Shown here: piece after piece, positions 36,120-48,051 of the stretch | How the letters are laid out: each line of letters begins with the position of its first letter | Numbering within the stretch: position 1 is the stretch's first letter | From: Selaginella moellendorffii | Taxonomy: Eukaryota > Plantae > Lycopodiophyta | Assembly: GCF_000143415.4 (NCBI RefSeq) | Contig: NW_003314307.1 | Coordinates: forward strand, 382,859 to 446,858 | Length of the DNA stretch: 64,000 bases | Reading direction: 5' to 3' | Notes under the pieces: generated by a model | What the model saw: only the letters and a program-made list of their open reading frames with translations | Databases searched by the model: none | What the model was told of the DNA's origin: nothing | Position numbers and translations under genes: made by a program

Positions 36120-37340
36120 TTACCAAGACCATTCGCGTTTGGAGTTCACGGCCTTGACACTGGTTGCAACGAGCGGCATGCCGCCAAAGAGTGTCGTGAA
36201 ATAGTTGAGGCATCTTGATCTTTTGTGGTTGTGATCCGTCAAGCTGCTGATTCCAGAAGAACCAATCTCCACAACGCGGCCTGGAGCAAGCAATCACTTA
36301 CAAATCCATAGCAAAGCATCCTGTGATCTCGCACCTTTCACCCAAATTGGAGGACCACCCGTTGCGTTTGCCACGAGAAAAGACATCGCAATGTCTTCGC
36401 AGTTCCTGCGAGTTGATCATCCATCAAAGTCGCACAAGTGAAGAAGAGCCAGGAAAACGAACCTCTCGTTGGCGACGTAGTTACGGATGATCCGAGGCAT
36501 CTGGTGCGTGTAAAGCTCCAGATACTTTTTGTGAAAGAACGCGACCTTGGAAAGAACCATGCTGTATGATCCAGTCCACCAAACAGTCCACCACCCTCCA
36601 TACTTGTAAGTAGTTTGCGCTGGATTTTGGCTCTAGAGAAAAACCAAGGAAAATGTGAGAAACTGTTGAAAGATTTTGTTTTTCCTTCCCAGTACCTTGG
36701 ATTGTACCCAGTGCATTCGTGGAACAAAGCCGACCATGGTGTCTCGAGCACTGAGCCAAACGTGAAAGCAAACGCCATGGTGCCGCAAGAAACAAGGACG
36801 TCATCGTCCACGGAGAAGACGGCGTCGGTGGTGAGGCCTTTAATCGGTTTAAACCTGTTGTTGAGATTGTCTTCCCGGTTGATGTCAAAGTGGAGCTCTG
36901 GAGCTCGGGAGCTCCGGCGGTTCTTGGCGATGGAATCCAGCAGAGCCAAATGCAGCTCGCTGCTGGGCATCTCCGGCTCGCTCCACACAACTCGAAACGC
37001 GTCAATCCCCTTGCAAGTCGAGTAGTGCGCTACCGATTTCTTGAGCAAATCGTTCCTCTTCCAGGTGTTGATGAGCACCGTGTAGCGCCGCCTGGACCAA
37101 AGCGTGGATGTGTAGCCAAGAACATAACCGAGAAAGAAATCTCTGTTACCTCATGCGATCTTGACACTCTGTCGTTCCGTGCCTCCATCCCATCAAAGAA
37201 GACGCCCGGCGCGCGAGCAGCGCCGTGGACAAGAGAATCGCGACGAGCACAAGCAGCTTGATGTGATACGACGAGTGGCCGGAGAAGAAAATCCGCCATC
37301 GCTGGAGCAGCAACCGATGCTGATCCCTCTGCCCCTTCAT
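36120..37340 (-). CDS. EPC1: Glycosyltransferase family 64 (EPC1/EXTL2-like) with an apparent 1-bp frameshift near 36762
   Basis: Type II TM N-terminus; LINTWKRNDLLKKSVAHY, VVWSE, LNNRF, DXD motif AVFSVDDDV. After a frame change: WLSARDTMVGFVPRMHW, YGGWWTVWWTGSYSMVL, RNCEDIAMSFLVANAT, GSSGISS..RSRCLN. Confidence 0.87.
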
Positions 37341-37572
37341 TCGAGCCAAGAAACCCTCAGAGATCGACGATTCAAGCGCCGCCTCGCCTCATAGCGACCG
37401 CGACAGCCCTGGAGCTCGCAATGCCATACCCTAGATCGATCCAGCAGCGCTCCGCCAGAATCTCCCGGGCCAACGGGAGAATCCATGCCTCTTCTCTGTC
37501 TAACTGAATATTCCTCTGTGGATACGCAGGATCGTAACGGTTTTTACCGGTTTTACATTTTATTTTAACTCT

Positions 37573-37584
37573 AGGGTTTAGGGT
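37573..37584. promoter_or_regulatory. Telo-box in the short divergent EPC1/snurportin region
   Basis: tagggtttaggg immediately before the snurportin ATG. Confidence 0.5.
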
Positions 37585-39139
37585 ATGGCGGAGCTCCGGC
37601 ATCGCGCGCACAAGAAGGTGATCTCTGATCAGCAGCGGCGCCGCGATGTGGCGCTCGATCGGCAGAAACAGCAGCGCCGCGATCTCCAGCTGCATTTCCG
37701 GCAGCTCGCGACGGCATTGGAGGATCAGCGCGTTGTGGAGGAGGAGGAGCACGAATGGGGTCTCGCAGAGGGGGCGAGATTACAGGGGAAAGACGCCAAG
37801 AAATGGTTCTCTGGGCAATTCATGCTTCCGGAGTGGCTGATTGACATACCCCTAGGCCTCAAAAGTGACTGGTAAGAACAAAATTTCTAGCTTGCGAAAA
37901 TTCCTCTCACTGCTGCTTCTTTCTTCGGTGGAGGTATGTCATGGCTAGACCAGCAGGAAAGCGGTGTATCGTCGTGTCCTCTAGAGGGACTACAGTTAGT
38001 AGGCTTCGCAATGGACGAGTCTTACACTCTTTTCCTTCGGCTCTGCCAAGTGGCGCTAAAGTTTCGAGTGGTCCCATTCAAGGAAGTTCTTCGTTCACAA
38101 TTCTGGACTGCATTTTCCATGAGGTAGACTTTGTGAAAAGACTTCCTTTGTTTGTTGATCTTATCCGTGCAGGCCGATGAAACGTACTATGTTCTCGACA
38201 TCATGTGTTGGCGTGGGTATTCGCTGTACGACTGTAACACGGAATTCAGACTCTTTTGGAGAGATTCCAAAATCGTAGAGACGGACGCGCTCAAGCCGCC
38301 TTCAACTCATCACCGTTATCGCTTCAGCTTGCTTCCTGTTTACGAATGTAACGCAAAAGGTTTGGAAGCTGCCTACAGGGAAGAACAGACTTTCTTAAGA
38401 GATGGAATTCTTTTTTATAACAGGTTGCAGACAGGTGTTTTTACGTTTCTCCTTCTAATACAATGCGTGTTCTGGACAGGCATGCGCATTACACAGTGGG
38501 ATACACACCGTTAGCGTTGCTTTGGAAGGATTCTCAGTGCAGCCAATATTTGCTCGACACTGATGCCAAAGGCGAGGTTCCATCCCTTCAACAGGTTGGT
38601 ACTACGGCGTTTTCTTCCTGGGACCAGCAAGCTAATGTTTTTTTTTTCCTCTTTTTTCGTGAAAAGGTAGTCCTCGAACTCAAATCTGATGGCACTGTTG
38701 GTACGAGTGATGATCCTTCTGTCATACTGGGGACCATGCCAAGACAAGTCCTTGAACAGGTTAGTTTAGCAGGTTATGGCTTTGGAATCTCTACAACCTC
38801 TATATAATCTCTACAAACTTCTATTCTCGTTCAGAATCCTACATTTCTGAAACCGGGGACATTACTTCGCTTTGCAATTGGAACGGACGGCTTGAAAATT
38901 GTCGACGGGAAGCCTTTTGCAGCAGACATTAATTACCAAGGACCTGCGAATAAATATCGCCCCTGTGCTGATAGCTGCACCAAGGTTTAATCTTGCACAG
39001 TTCTTGTTTTATGATGTCCTAATGTCTCCTTTTCCTTTTGCCTTTGCAGATTCTTTTCCAGTATGCTGCTCGGCACTCACCGATCAACATATCGGACATA
39101 GTGGCAGCTATAGAAAACCAGGACGTGGAGATGCAATGA
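37585..39139 (+). CDS. SPN1: Snurportin-1 (m3G-cap snRNP import adaptor)
   Basis: IBB-like DQQRRRDVALDRQKQQR; QFMLPEWL..P..DW; RPAGKRCIVVSSRGTTVSRLRNG; F.SALP.G; TILDCIFHE; YYVLDIMCWRG..YDC.TEFR.FW; DGILFYN; G.TPLALLWKD. Ends ILFQY..DVEMQ-stop (39137-39139). Confidence 0.92.
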
Positions 39140-40122
39140 CGTCGTCAAAATAGGTGAGGCTATCTTGTTTTCTCCTTTAAAAGAACGTTTTTGCAATCCA
39201 AATCTTAAAGTGATGAGACTTAACAGGCTTCTTGGAGACTGCTCGTTCGTATTGCAGTCCGGAGATTGTCAAGTTCGTTGAAATGAGCTTTATGTTTATC
39301 AGGTATTTTTGATGTTTAGGTGGGATCCTGATGCTAAAATTGAGCGCTTTAGATCGGATTAAAGCCAAGAAAAGGAAGCGATCGTTCAAAGTCCTAAAAA
39401 GAAATGGTTGTATAGCTTGACTTGAGCAGTGCCCGAAATCTTATCCCGATCCAACGGTGGGCAAGACGACCATATCCACAATCTTTTCCTTTCCACGGCT
39501 TTGGATCCACGTGGCAGCAAGGCTGGTTCTTGTGGCCGGCATTCCACTCGAGGGGATTTCCGCACGTGACATGGCTGATATTTTGGCTCTCTTTTTTCCA
39601 TCCAAGCGTATAGAATAATCACGACCCATTTGCTGTGGATAAGTAAATGCCATGTCAGCAATATCGGTCATGAACCCCCGTCGTTTTTTAGATTTCCTGC
39701 TACTTTATTTTATTTGCCGTGCCACAATGCATGGCTGGCCGGCTGCCACGTTGCGTCGCTTTATCTTTTACTTTTCTCGTACGCTTTGGTGAGTAATTGG
39801 GTCATATGACATGGCCGTACAAAATATCATGATATTTGCGTCACTAGCAGGGCCCTTTTGCTAAAGTGCCAAGGTATGTGAGCCAAGCATTCAAAAAACT
39901 TTACTTCATGTTGTGGGCGAGCAAATGCCACGTGGTTAATGTGGTTATTACCTTTATCGAATGGAATTCGATAGCTTAAATTAACTTAGTAATTTCATAA
40001 CAGCAGTTAGTTAAGGCGCGCAAACTAACGACGAGTGGGAAAGCGGGGTTAAGGGTAGTAGGGCTTTGCTTTTTGGAAGGAGGAAACGAAGCTTTTTCAT
40101 CGTCGGCACCACAAGGGGCAAA

Positions 40123-42182
40123 ATGCGAGCTGCGCGGGACGAGTCGAGCATCGAGGAGCAGATCCTATCGTCGGAAGACCAGGTTTGCTCGATTTTCCAC
40201 AGACCCAATGTGTAGATTTGAGCTTGGGGAGATCGTTTTCCCCCTTTTCATCCCTCTGAGAATCAAACTCTCTTTTTTCCCCTTTTTAGGTGCAAACAAA
40301 TCACAGCGACGAGAGCTCGCAGTTGGATGATCTGGGAAGCTCTTCCGGAAGCTGTGAAGAGGACAAGCCGGATGGAGGGGGGAATCGCCGTGGCGACCAA
40401 TTTCTCCTAGATCGCCCGGCGCCGGCGACGAAGAAGAAGAGAATCTCCAAAGAAGGAGAGACCAAAGATCGCGAACGAGAAGAAGAAGCGAACAGAGGAG
40501 AGAATGGCAATGGTGGCGAGAGAGACGAAAGCGAAGAAGACGGAGAGAGGAAGATCCAGAATTTGTCACAAGTACCACGAAGTGGAGAAGATCACCACCA
40601 CCACCACCACCACCAGCAGAATCCCTTCCAGCACGAAGAGCAGCAGCAGCATCACAACTGTTCCAAGCCGGTGTTGAAGAAACCGGACAAGCTTGTGCCG
40701 TGCCCGCGCTGCAGCAGCATGGACACCAAGTTCTGCTACTTCAACAATTACAACGTGAACCAGCCCCGCCACTTCTGCAAGAACTGCCAGCGCTACTGGA
40801 CCGCCGGAGGGACGCTGAGGAACGTCCCGGTGGGAGCCGGGCGGAGGAAGAGCAAGCACTCGTCCTCCTCCGCTTCCTCTCACCACCATTCTCATCCTCA
40901 CCCTCATAGCAGTGACAATTCCTCCTGGAACACCACCAGCACAAACAATCACAACCACAGTCACTGTCACAACCAAAGTCGCTCCATGAACCACTCCCAG
41001 GAACAACACCAACATCTCCAAGATCGTCACCATCACCAGCAGCAGCAGCAAGAGAAGCAGCAAAAGCAGCAGCAGCAGCTCAAGAGGGATCTCGCGTCGG
41101 AACTCAAGCAGCGAGCTGGATCGCGGATGCGGCTACCACCCGTGATCCCTCAGGACCAGATGTGCCACTTTCCAACGCCCGCGGAGACGAGCCCCTCGGG
41201 GAGCAGCATACTCACATCGCTCAACTCTCCGGGTGGTCCGGGCAGCATCGGCTCCATCTTCAACATGCACCTGGCTGCGGCCGCGGCCGCAGCAGCCGCC
41301 GCAGCAGCCGCCGCAGCGACAGCAGCGGACAACCCGAACTCGCCCGACGCAGCAGGCAGCCCGGCCGGGAACTCGTCGTCGGTGTCGAGCAGGATGAATG
41401 CCTGGGTGGCGGATTCATCTGAAGCAGCTCTGACTCAAGCTGCATCGGACGTCAAGGAAACCAACAGAAACGGTCCAGGTGCAGGTGCAAGTTCAGGTCT
41501 AGGATGCGGTGGTGCAGCTTGTGTCGGAAATGGTGGTGGCGGATACAACATGTTCAGCTCCGCAACTCCGGCTTGCTTCCCGTGGATTCCATTCGGCAAC
41601 AACGCGAGCAACGCCGAAGGTGGCGGCAATCCGGCCGAAGTTGCGAGCTGGCTGAGCAACGTCTGGGCCGCCAACTTTCCGGCCTGGGCTCCGTTCGCGG
41701 CAGCGCTTTGGGCTGGCGGAGGAGGCCCCGCTTCTTCTGCTTCTCCGATGGGATGGAATGTCCCGTGGGCGGCGGCGGCGGCTGCTGCGTTTGCGGCAGC
41801 GGCGGCGGCCGCCACCTCCACCACCACCAGCGCCGCCGCCACCCCCACGAACTGTTCGTTGAACTCCGCAAACGCGACTGTTCTTGGGAAGCACCCGAGG
41901 GATGGCAGCGGAGGGCGATCGCTCTGGGCTCCTAAGACGCTGCGGATCGATGATCCTGGAGAGGCGGCCAAGAGCTCAATCTGGGCGACTCTGGGGCTGG
42001 AGAAATCGGCGGCGGTCTCTCCGAGTGGTGGCGGCGGCGGCGGCGGTGGGAGGACTTGTGGATCTTCCGGCGGCGGCATTGTTTTCAAGTCGTTTCACAA
42101 AGGCAAGGAAGGCAGCGAAGACAAGGCGCACGCAAACCCGGCGGCGCTGTCGAGGTCTCTCAGCTTTCACGAAAGGAACTAA
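40123..42182 (+). CDS. CDF: Dof zinc-finger transcription factor, CYCLING DOF FACTOR (CDF) clade
   Basis: [55 protein letters not shown], plus the CDF C-terminal motifs [18 protein letters not shown] and [11 protein letters not shown]. Intron 40183-40289 joins exon 1 (ATG 40123) in frame. True start uncertain. Confidence 0.93.
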
Positions 42183-42468
42183 AAGAAGAAACGAAGAACA
42201 AAAAATGGCCACCACCGGCGGCGCCACCTTTTGTACAGAGAAAGCGAAAGTGTAACTTAACTATATACAGGCTTTTTTCCTAATGGTGAAGTTCTCTTGT
42301 TCGTACGGACTTGTACAAAATGTTCCGTTTACATTTTGAAAATTGTCCATCGAATATTCGTTCCACGGCTTTAGGGCTTGAGGTCTAGGCTTGGCAGGAG
42401 CGCGAGAATCTCGGCGGAGGTATGAGAAGGGAATGCGAGTGTGAGCGTAGAGTGCCCGGGATTTTGCG

Positions 42469-45400
42469 ATGACAAGGAGGAATTCAGTAGCCGGGGCCGT
42501 GGGGAGGGGTATGGAGGAGGATCCGGGCAAGCTCGTCGCGCAGATCCTGGGGAATCAGGTCCGGGTGAGCAAATCCGTGGCCAAAACCCTACTCTCCAAG
42601 AGCTCGGGCGATGGCGCGATCGCGTTGGCGGAGGCGCTTCTTAGGGGCATAGTGCAGGGATTACGGTGTCTCGAGGCAGGCTTTGATGCTGGGCCACGAG
42701 AGGCCGATTGCTTCAAGACGCCATCGCCTCCCAGGAGGAAAAGAAAGAGACAGGAAGAATTGGCTGGGCACAGGGAAGAGGAACGAGGGATTCCTTCTAG
42801 TCGGCAGCGGGTTATGGCAGGATTGAGAGGCTGTGTTCTTCTCTTGCAAGCTGGGCTCTCGCAGTGCAAGAAATTCTTTCATCCGGCTCGGCTACTTCCA
42901 GTGGTTCAAGGCCTTCACGAGAAACTAGTTGTGCTGGAGGATGACCCCGAGCTCCAGGACGCCATCTCCGAGCTCTGCGAGTTGTGGTGGCGAGAAGGAT
43001 TTGATGGAAAGGAGTCGCTCATTGCACAGTCCCTGCCATTTCTCATGTCAAGATCGCTCACTTCCAACCGCAAAGTGGATGTTCATCGCGTGTATGCTGT
43101 GAGGGAGGCTTTCTTTCTCTTTGACTTCCTCGACGGCAGTATAGAGGATCTGAGGCACTTGCTCATCCGGTCGGTGGTCACTCCAGCGTTTCTGCGCTCC
43201 GCAGAGGGTCGACGTTTCATCTCTTTCCTGTTTGGACTCAATCCTCAGCTCGTCAAAGAACTCAACGCGCTCATGCATTCGCAGATCCCGTTTGGGAGGA
43301 AGTCGATACTGGAGGCCTATGGAGACATTTTATATCGGGCTTGGAAGGGAGCGGCCGGAGAGATCTTGGTGGAAATCGAGAAGTCGTGCTTACAGGTGCT
43401 TGTGGAAGGAGCGATATATGCGGCTAGCAAGACTTTGAGCTCGGCTTGCAGAAAAGTGTTAGAAGGATTCATTTCACAGAGGGCGGAAGCTGGTGTCGAG
43501 GGAATGCTCTTTCGCCTTCAAGAGCCACTGCTTTTCCGTTCTCTACAAGTAAGTTTGGTTGCTTCTCATTCTGGCGTGATCTAGCGCATTCGTCTCCTAG
43601 GTGGCGAATTCCAACGTCAGGCGCAATGCTATTCTTTTATTGATTGACATGTTCCCTCTTCAACATCCCGAGGCGTCCAAGGAGGAAAAAGAAGCATTGA
43701 TCGAGAGGCAGTTTGCACTTATAGAGAAACTTCTGCTGGATCCTTGCCCTGACGTACGAAGTGTTACTGTCGAAGGTGCGTGCAGAATTTTACGTTTATT
43801 CTGGGAAATCATACCTGCAGCAAATACCGCCAAGCTCCTCACCAAAATCGTGAATGATATTCCAAGTGATCAGAGCAGCAGCAGTGCACGTCTAGCGGTT
43901 CTGGAAGGGGTGACTTATTTATTGGAGAATCCTCACAGTCATGATATACTAAAGATACTGCTGCCGCGACTCTCTCCTATGCTAAACGATCCCGCAGTTA
44001 CAGTAAGAACAGCTGCCGTTGATCTTCTCTTGGCGGTCAAAGGTATACGAGGCATTCCTTTTCACAAGGTTCGTAATCAAATTTGTCATCAAAACTTAGA
44101 AACTGAATTTGAATCTCAGGTGGCGCGTTTGGACTCGCTTCTGTCTATGCTTGCGGATGACTGCGATACCGTTGCACGTCGACTTACGAGGCTGCTGATA
44201 CCATCATACTTTCCGACCAAAGCTCGTATAGTTGAGGCATGCAACCGATGCTGCACACTCATAAAGCGTTCTCCATCGGCCGGTGCAAGATTTTGCTCTT
44301 ACGCTTCAGCTGAAGGAGTCCCTGCCGAGTCACTTTTTGAGCTCCTGAAGTTCCTTTGTGGCCTAGCTCTACCGGATTCGGAGTTGGATCAAGAACATCG
44401 AGAAGGTGTACTACTTGCAGTATCAGAGCTGGGAATGAGCTTAGTCAGTTTGGGACAGTGGAAGATCGCGGTTGGATCCCATCTGACTGGACAGCTACTC
44501 ATGTCTCTACTAGGAGTAGCGGCTACATCCCAAACACGGAGCTCCATCGTCAGGCTTGCCTCATCGCTTCCTGCCAAGGACATCCCAGAGCTTGCTAAGT
44601 ACTGCGGGGACCTTGTTATAACTTCGGCAAAGGATCTCACCGTTTTGGACTCCTCCAACGAGATCAGGGCTGTCAACTCGTTTGTGCTTTCCTGGGGAGG
44701 TTTCGAAGATCTAGCCGGCTCCCTTGTAGACAAGCTTGCGAGGTTCCGTGAGAACACTTCACTACAAGAAAAGCCTGGCTCTTCCAGGAGAAACGCAAAG
44801 GCCAAAGCCAGCAGGGTGAAGACTAGAAGCAGTCCGAGACAGAAAAACTGCGACACACTTTTTACTGCTGCTGTTGGAGCGGCCTGGCACGTACAAATAT
44901 TTCTGGCCGAAAGTGACACAAGGAAAGCGTTGCTAGCATACCGCGGTCTGCAGGATCTTATTTCTCGCCTGAGGCAGCTGGCGGAATACTGCATGAAAAA
45001 TGTGGAGACGGTCACCAATCACCGACTGATATCGTCAGCGATTACTGCTTACGCAAATTTGACGATTCATATTTGCCTCGAGCGGAAGAAAGACGGGAAC
45101 GTGAGGACCTCAACGGGAAGAAGGAAGAGACACCGGGTGGACGTATCCACCACAACTCCAGTATCAAATCCTTTGGTAAGTGCCTGCCTGCTAACATCTA
45201 ATCCATCTTTGATTTGTATTGTAGGACGGCTTTGAAGACGTTTCGGAGGATTTGATTAACTTGGCACTGGAAATGCTTGACCGGCTGCAGACATTACAAG
45301 GTCTCTTTTTCTTCTTTGTTACTTTTATTTTATTCATCATTCATGTTTATCGTTTCAGGAAATATTGCTGTCTATCCGCTTCATGCAATGAAAATGGCAT

Positions 45401-46206
45401 CGGCAACGTTGCGTTCGGTTTTAGAAGCTTTGAACCTTGGACTTTCAAGTAATGGAACTCTGCATTCCAAGACGATGCGCCTGGCTTGCTCAATTTTTAC
45501 GACAATCCAAGCAGTGGTCAGAGGCGGAGCAGCAGCAGAAAACTTACAGGAAATACTACCTTGTCTCAAGGCTTCGGCATCATATACAGGAAAGCTTCTT
45601 TTCCTGTGTAGAAGGGACAGGGGTCCACACTACGCTGAGGAACCAACGCTTGCTCATGACGTCCTGGATACTCTCGCCGTCATCGAGCAACACAACGTGG
45701 GAAGCTGCGTTTCACTTTTACCGGCTCTAAGGCAGTGGATTCCAGATATCGTTGCTGCAGTTTCAGAGAAGGTGGACTCGTCGGATACGGAAACTGTCCC
45801 CGCCTGGGTCAAGCATGTAGCTGCGGCATCGAATGAGGCTCCTGAAGGTTCCGAGGAAAATAACAGGACAAGAGACGATGGGAATCCCGACAACCAGGTT
45901 GGGAGTGTCGATCTGACGCAATCCATTCTGAAGGCTCTTCCGAAAGCCAGTAGAGAAGTACAGGAAGCCTTCGTTTGCCTTCTAGCACGACATACAGTCT
46001 CGTGCTTCGAAGGCAGTGATTACGACGAAGGCGTTGGATTAGTGCATCTAATATGTCGGAGGATATTGCGCTCCAAGGCCAGCTTGAGCGGCTCACTCCA
46101 GGACGATTTCACAAGGGTTTACAACAGGCTCTCGTCTATGGATGACGAGAGATTTCAAGCGACAATATTGCTTGTGAAGGAGGTTCTATTGCCATGCGAA
46201 AAGTAA
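42469..46206 (+). CDS. CAP-G2: Condensin II subunit G2 (CAP-G2/NCAPG2), HEAT-repeat protein
   Basis: ISELCELWW...KESLIAQSLPFL, DVHRVYAVREAF.LFDF.D.SIEDL, EGRRFISFLF, QIPFGRKSILEAYGDILYRAWK, EPLLFRSLQ/VANSNVRRNA..LL.D.FPL, LL.DPCPDVR...VEG.CRIL..FWEIIP. Confidence 0.88.
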
Positions 46207-46403
46207 TGGCATGTAGCATACTGTCTTACCATTTACACTGACCTCGAGAAGGCGAGTCGATGGTGAATTGGCTCCATATACTCAGGTAATGCTCAAAACT
46301 AGCTTTCGTTGTTATTCACTTACACAAACTTGGCTATTGCATGCAGAACAAACCAACAGACTTCTTTTATGTTAAAGCTGTACATCAACTTCATTTTTTG
46401 CTC

Positions 46404-47585
46404 TCAGTAATAGTTGAATCTCTGCGTTCCACTGTGCATACTGAACTTTGGACCGCCATCCTGGTGACGGACTCTGTAGTGTCCCGGTCCGGGCCCGTTG
46501 TTCCTTCGGTCGTAGTCTTTGTCGAGCTTCCTTCCAATCGAAAAAGAAGGTGCGTTTCTAGCCGTCGCTTTGTTTTGACCGTATTCTCCCGGTCCTGGGG
46601 TCCCGTTCTTTGGACCACCACCTTTTCTGTGCAGGATGCTGAAGGCCGGGCCTCCCGAAAGTCTCGGCGAGTAAGACCCGGGACCGGGTCCAACAAAACG
46701 AGGAGCTTTCAGAGGTCTGTATCCCATGGTGTATGCTGGCGTCGTCCGAGGCCGAGTATGCTCGTAACTTCCAGGTCCGGGTGTTGGCTTTCCATTTCCT
46801 CCTCTTCTCTTACCTCCAATGGTGTATGAAGGACTGTTGGAGCGCTGCTCCGCGTTGTAGTGCCCGGGCCCGGGATTAAGGTTCCTCATCCTGGAACTCG
46901 CTCGCCCGAGCATCGTATACGCCGGCTGCCTGTGAAGAGCTTGAGACAAGCCGGACTCAACTTGATACTGTCCAGGGCCGGGGCTTCTCTCGACTTTGTC
47001 TGCCTTCCGGTAAGCCATGGTATACGCTGGTCCTTGAATTCCTTCGGTGGGTCTGTATGCTCCAGGTCCAGGATTCTTGTTCAAGACGGCCTTTCCAGTC
47101 CGATAACCCATGGTATAGCAGGGACTTTTCGGCCTGTTATTGGGACTGTAAGCTCCAGGCCCAGGGTTATCCGCCCAGCCGTGAGGATGCCTCTTGCCGG
47201 AAATGGTGTACGAGGGGCCAGTCATGCTGCCTGGAAGACTATACTGTCCGGGGCCGGGGCTGATTCCACGGGGGAAATTTATCTTCCGCGAGCTCATAGT
47301 GTAGGCGGGCTCATTGGGATGAGTAACGAGGTGCTCCATGTTGTAAGTTCCAGGGCCGGGCACAGCGATCTTCTCCCGGTCGACAGTGGAGATTTTGGCA
47401 TGGATGGAGTAGGATGGACTGGATCGGCCAGTGTCTGGGTAGTATGCTCCAGGTCCCGGGCTCTCCAAGTTGGGCAGTCCGGTGTGGGGCTTGGGAGCGA
47501 TGGTGAAGGCCGGTGGCGTGGGTGTCACGGGGCGGACGCTGAGATTGTAGGCTCCCGGGCCGGGAGTCTTCTCCTTGCGCAGCAT
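46404..47585 (-). CDS. SHIPPO-repeat (PGPGxY) protein, ODF3/CIMAP1/STPG-like, intronless, 393 aa
   Basis: 12 PGPG-x-Y motifs about 30-37 aa apart, each followed by a P-x-[YF]-[TS]-[IM] motif. Basic and Pro/Gly-rich. ATG at 47585. Confidence 0.85.
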   Translation of the reverse strand: MLRKEKTPGPGAYNLSVRPVTPTPPAFTIAPKPHTGLPNLESPGPGAYYPDTGRSSPSYSIHAKISTVDREKIAVPGPGTYNMEHLVTHPNEPAYTMSSRKINFPRGISPGPGQYSLPGSMTGPSYTISGKRHPHGWADNPGPGAYSPNNRPKSPCYTMGYRTGKAVLNKNPGPGAYRPTEGIQGPAYTMAYRKADKVERSPGPGQYQVESGLSQALHRQPAYTMLGRASSRMRNLNPGPGHYNAEQRSNSPSYTIGGKRRGGNGKPTPGPGSYEHTRPRTTPAYTMGYRPLKAPRFVGPGPGSYSPRLSGGPAFSILHRKGGGPKNGTPGPGEYGQNKATARNAPSFSIGRKLDKDYDRRNNGPGPGHYRVRHQDGGPKFSMHSGTQRFNYY

Positions 47586-48051
47586 CTCTTACGCTTGGTG
47601 GTGATATCGTCTCAGACAGAGAGTGGTGGACTCGAGAGAAGAGGGTGCCTTCGGCCGAAAAGAATGCTGTGCTTGGTAGTTGGGCTCGGGTTTCAGCTGA
47701 AATGCCAGCTGGCAGTCCATGTCAGGGTAGTTAATTTTCATCTACCAGGTCATCATGGTAAACAAAGGATACGGACTCAGGACAAAAGCAGGGCGACACA
47801 GCAAATAAATAAACAATTTAGAGCAACATTATATGATTGCAATTTAAGACATTATTGAAAAACAAAGTACTTTTATGCTTCTTTGATAATGAGAATATAA
47901 TATGGAAATACATCGTCTAACCATTGAAGATAATGGATACTTGATCCTACATTAATAACCTTAAAACAATTATTTGGAGAACTATTCATTTGTTATGATT
48001 CATGAATTAAAAATTGGTATATAAAAAGACATAAAACAAAAATTATTATAT

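Noticed and set aside
41435-42088. 217-aa antisense ORF within CDF
   Set aside because: Mirror of GCN/GGN trinucleotide tracts in the sense gene.
46860-47858. 332-aa plus-strand ORF antisense to the SHIPPO gene
   Set aside because: Shadow ORF of a GC-rich repetitive coding strand; non-ATG start and no recognisable motif.
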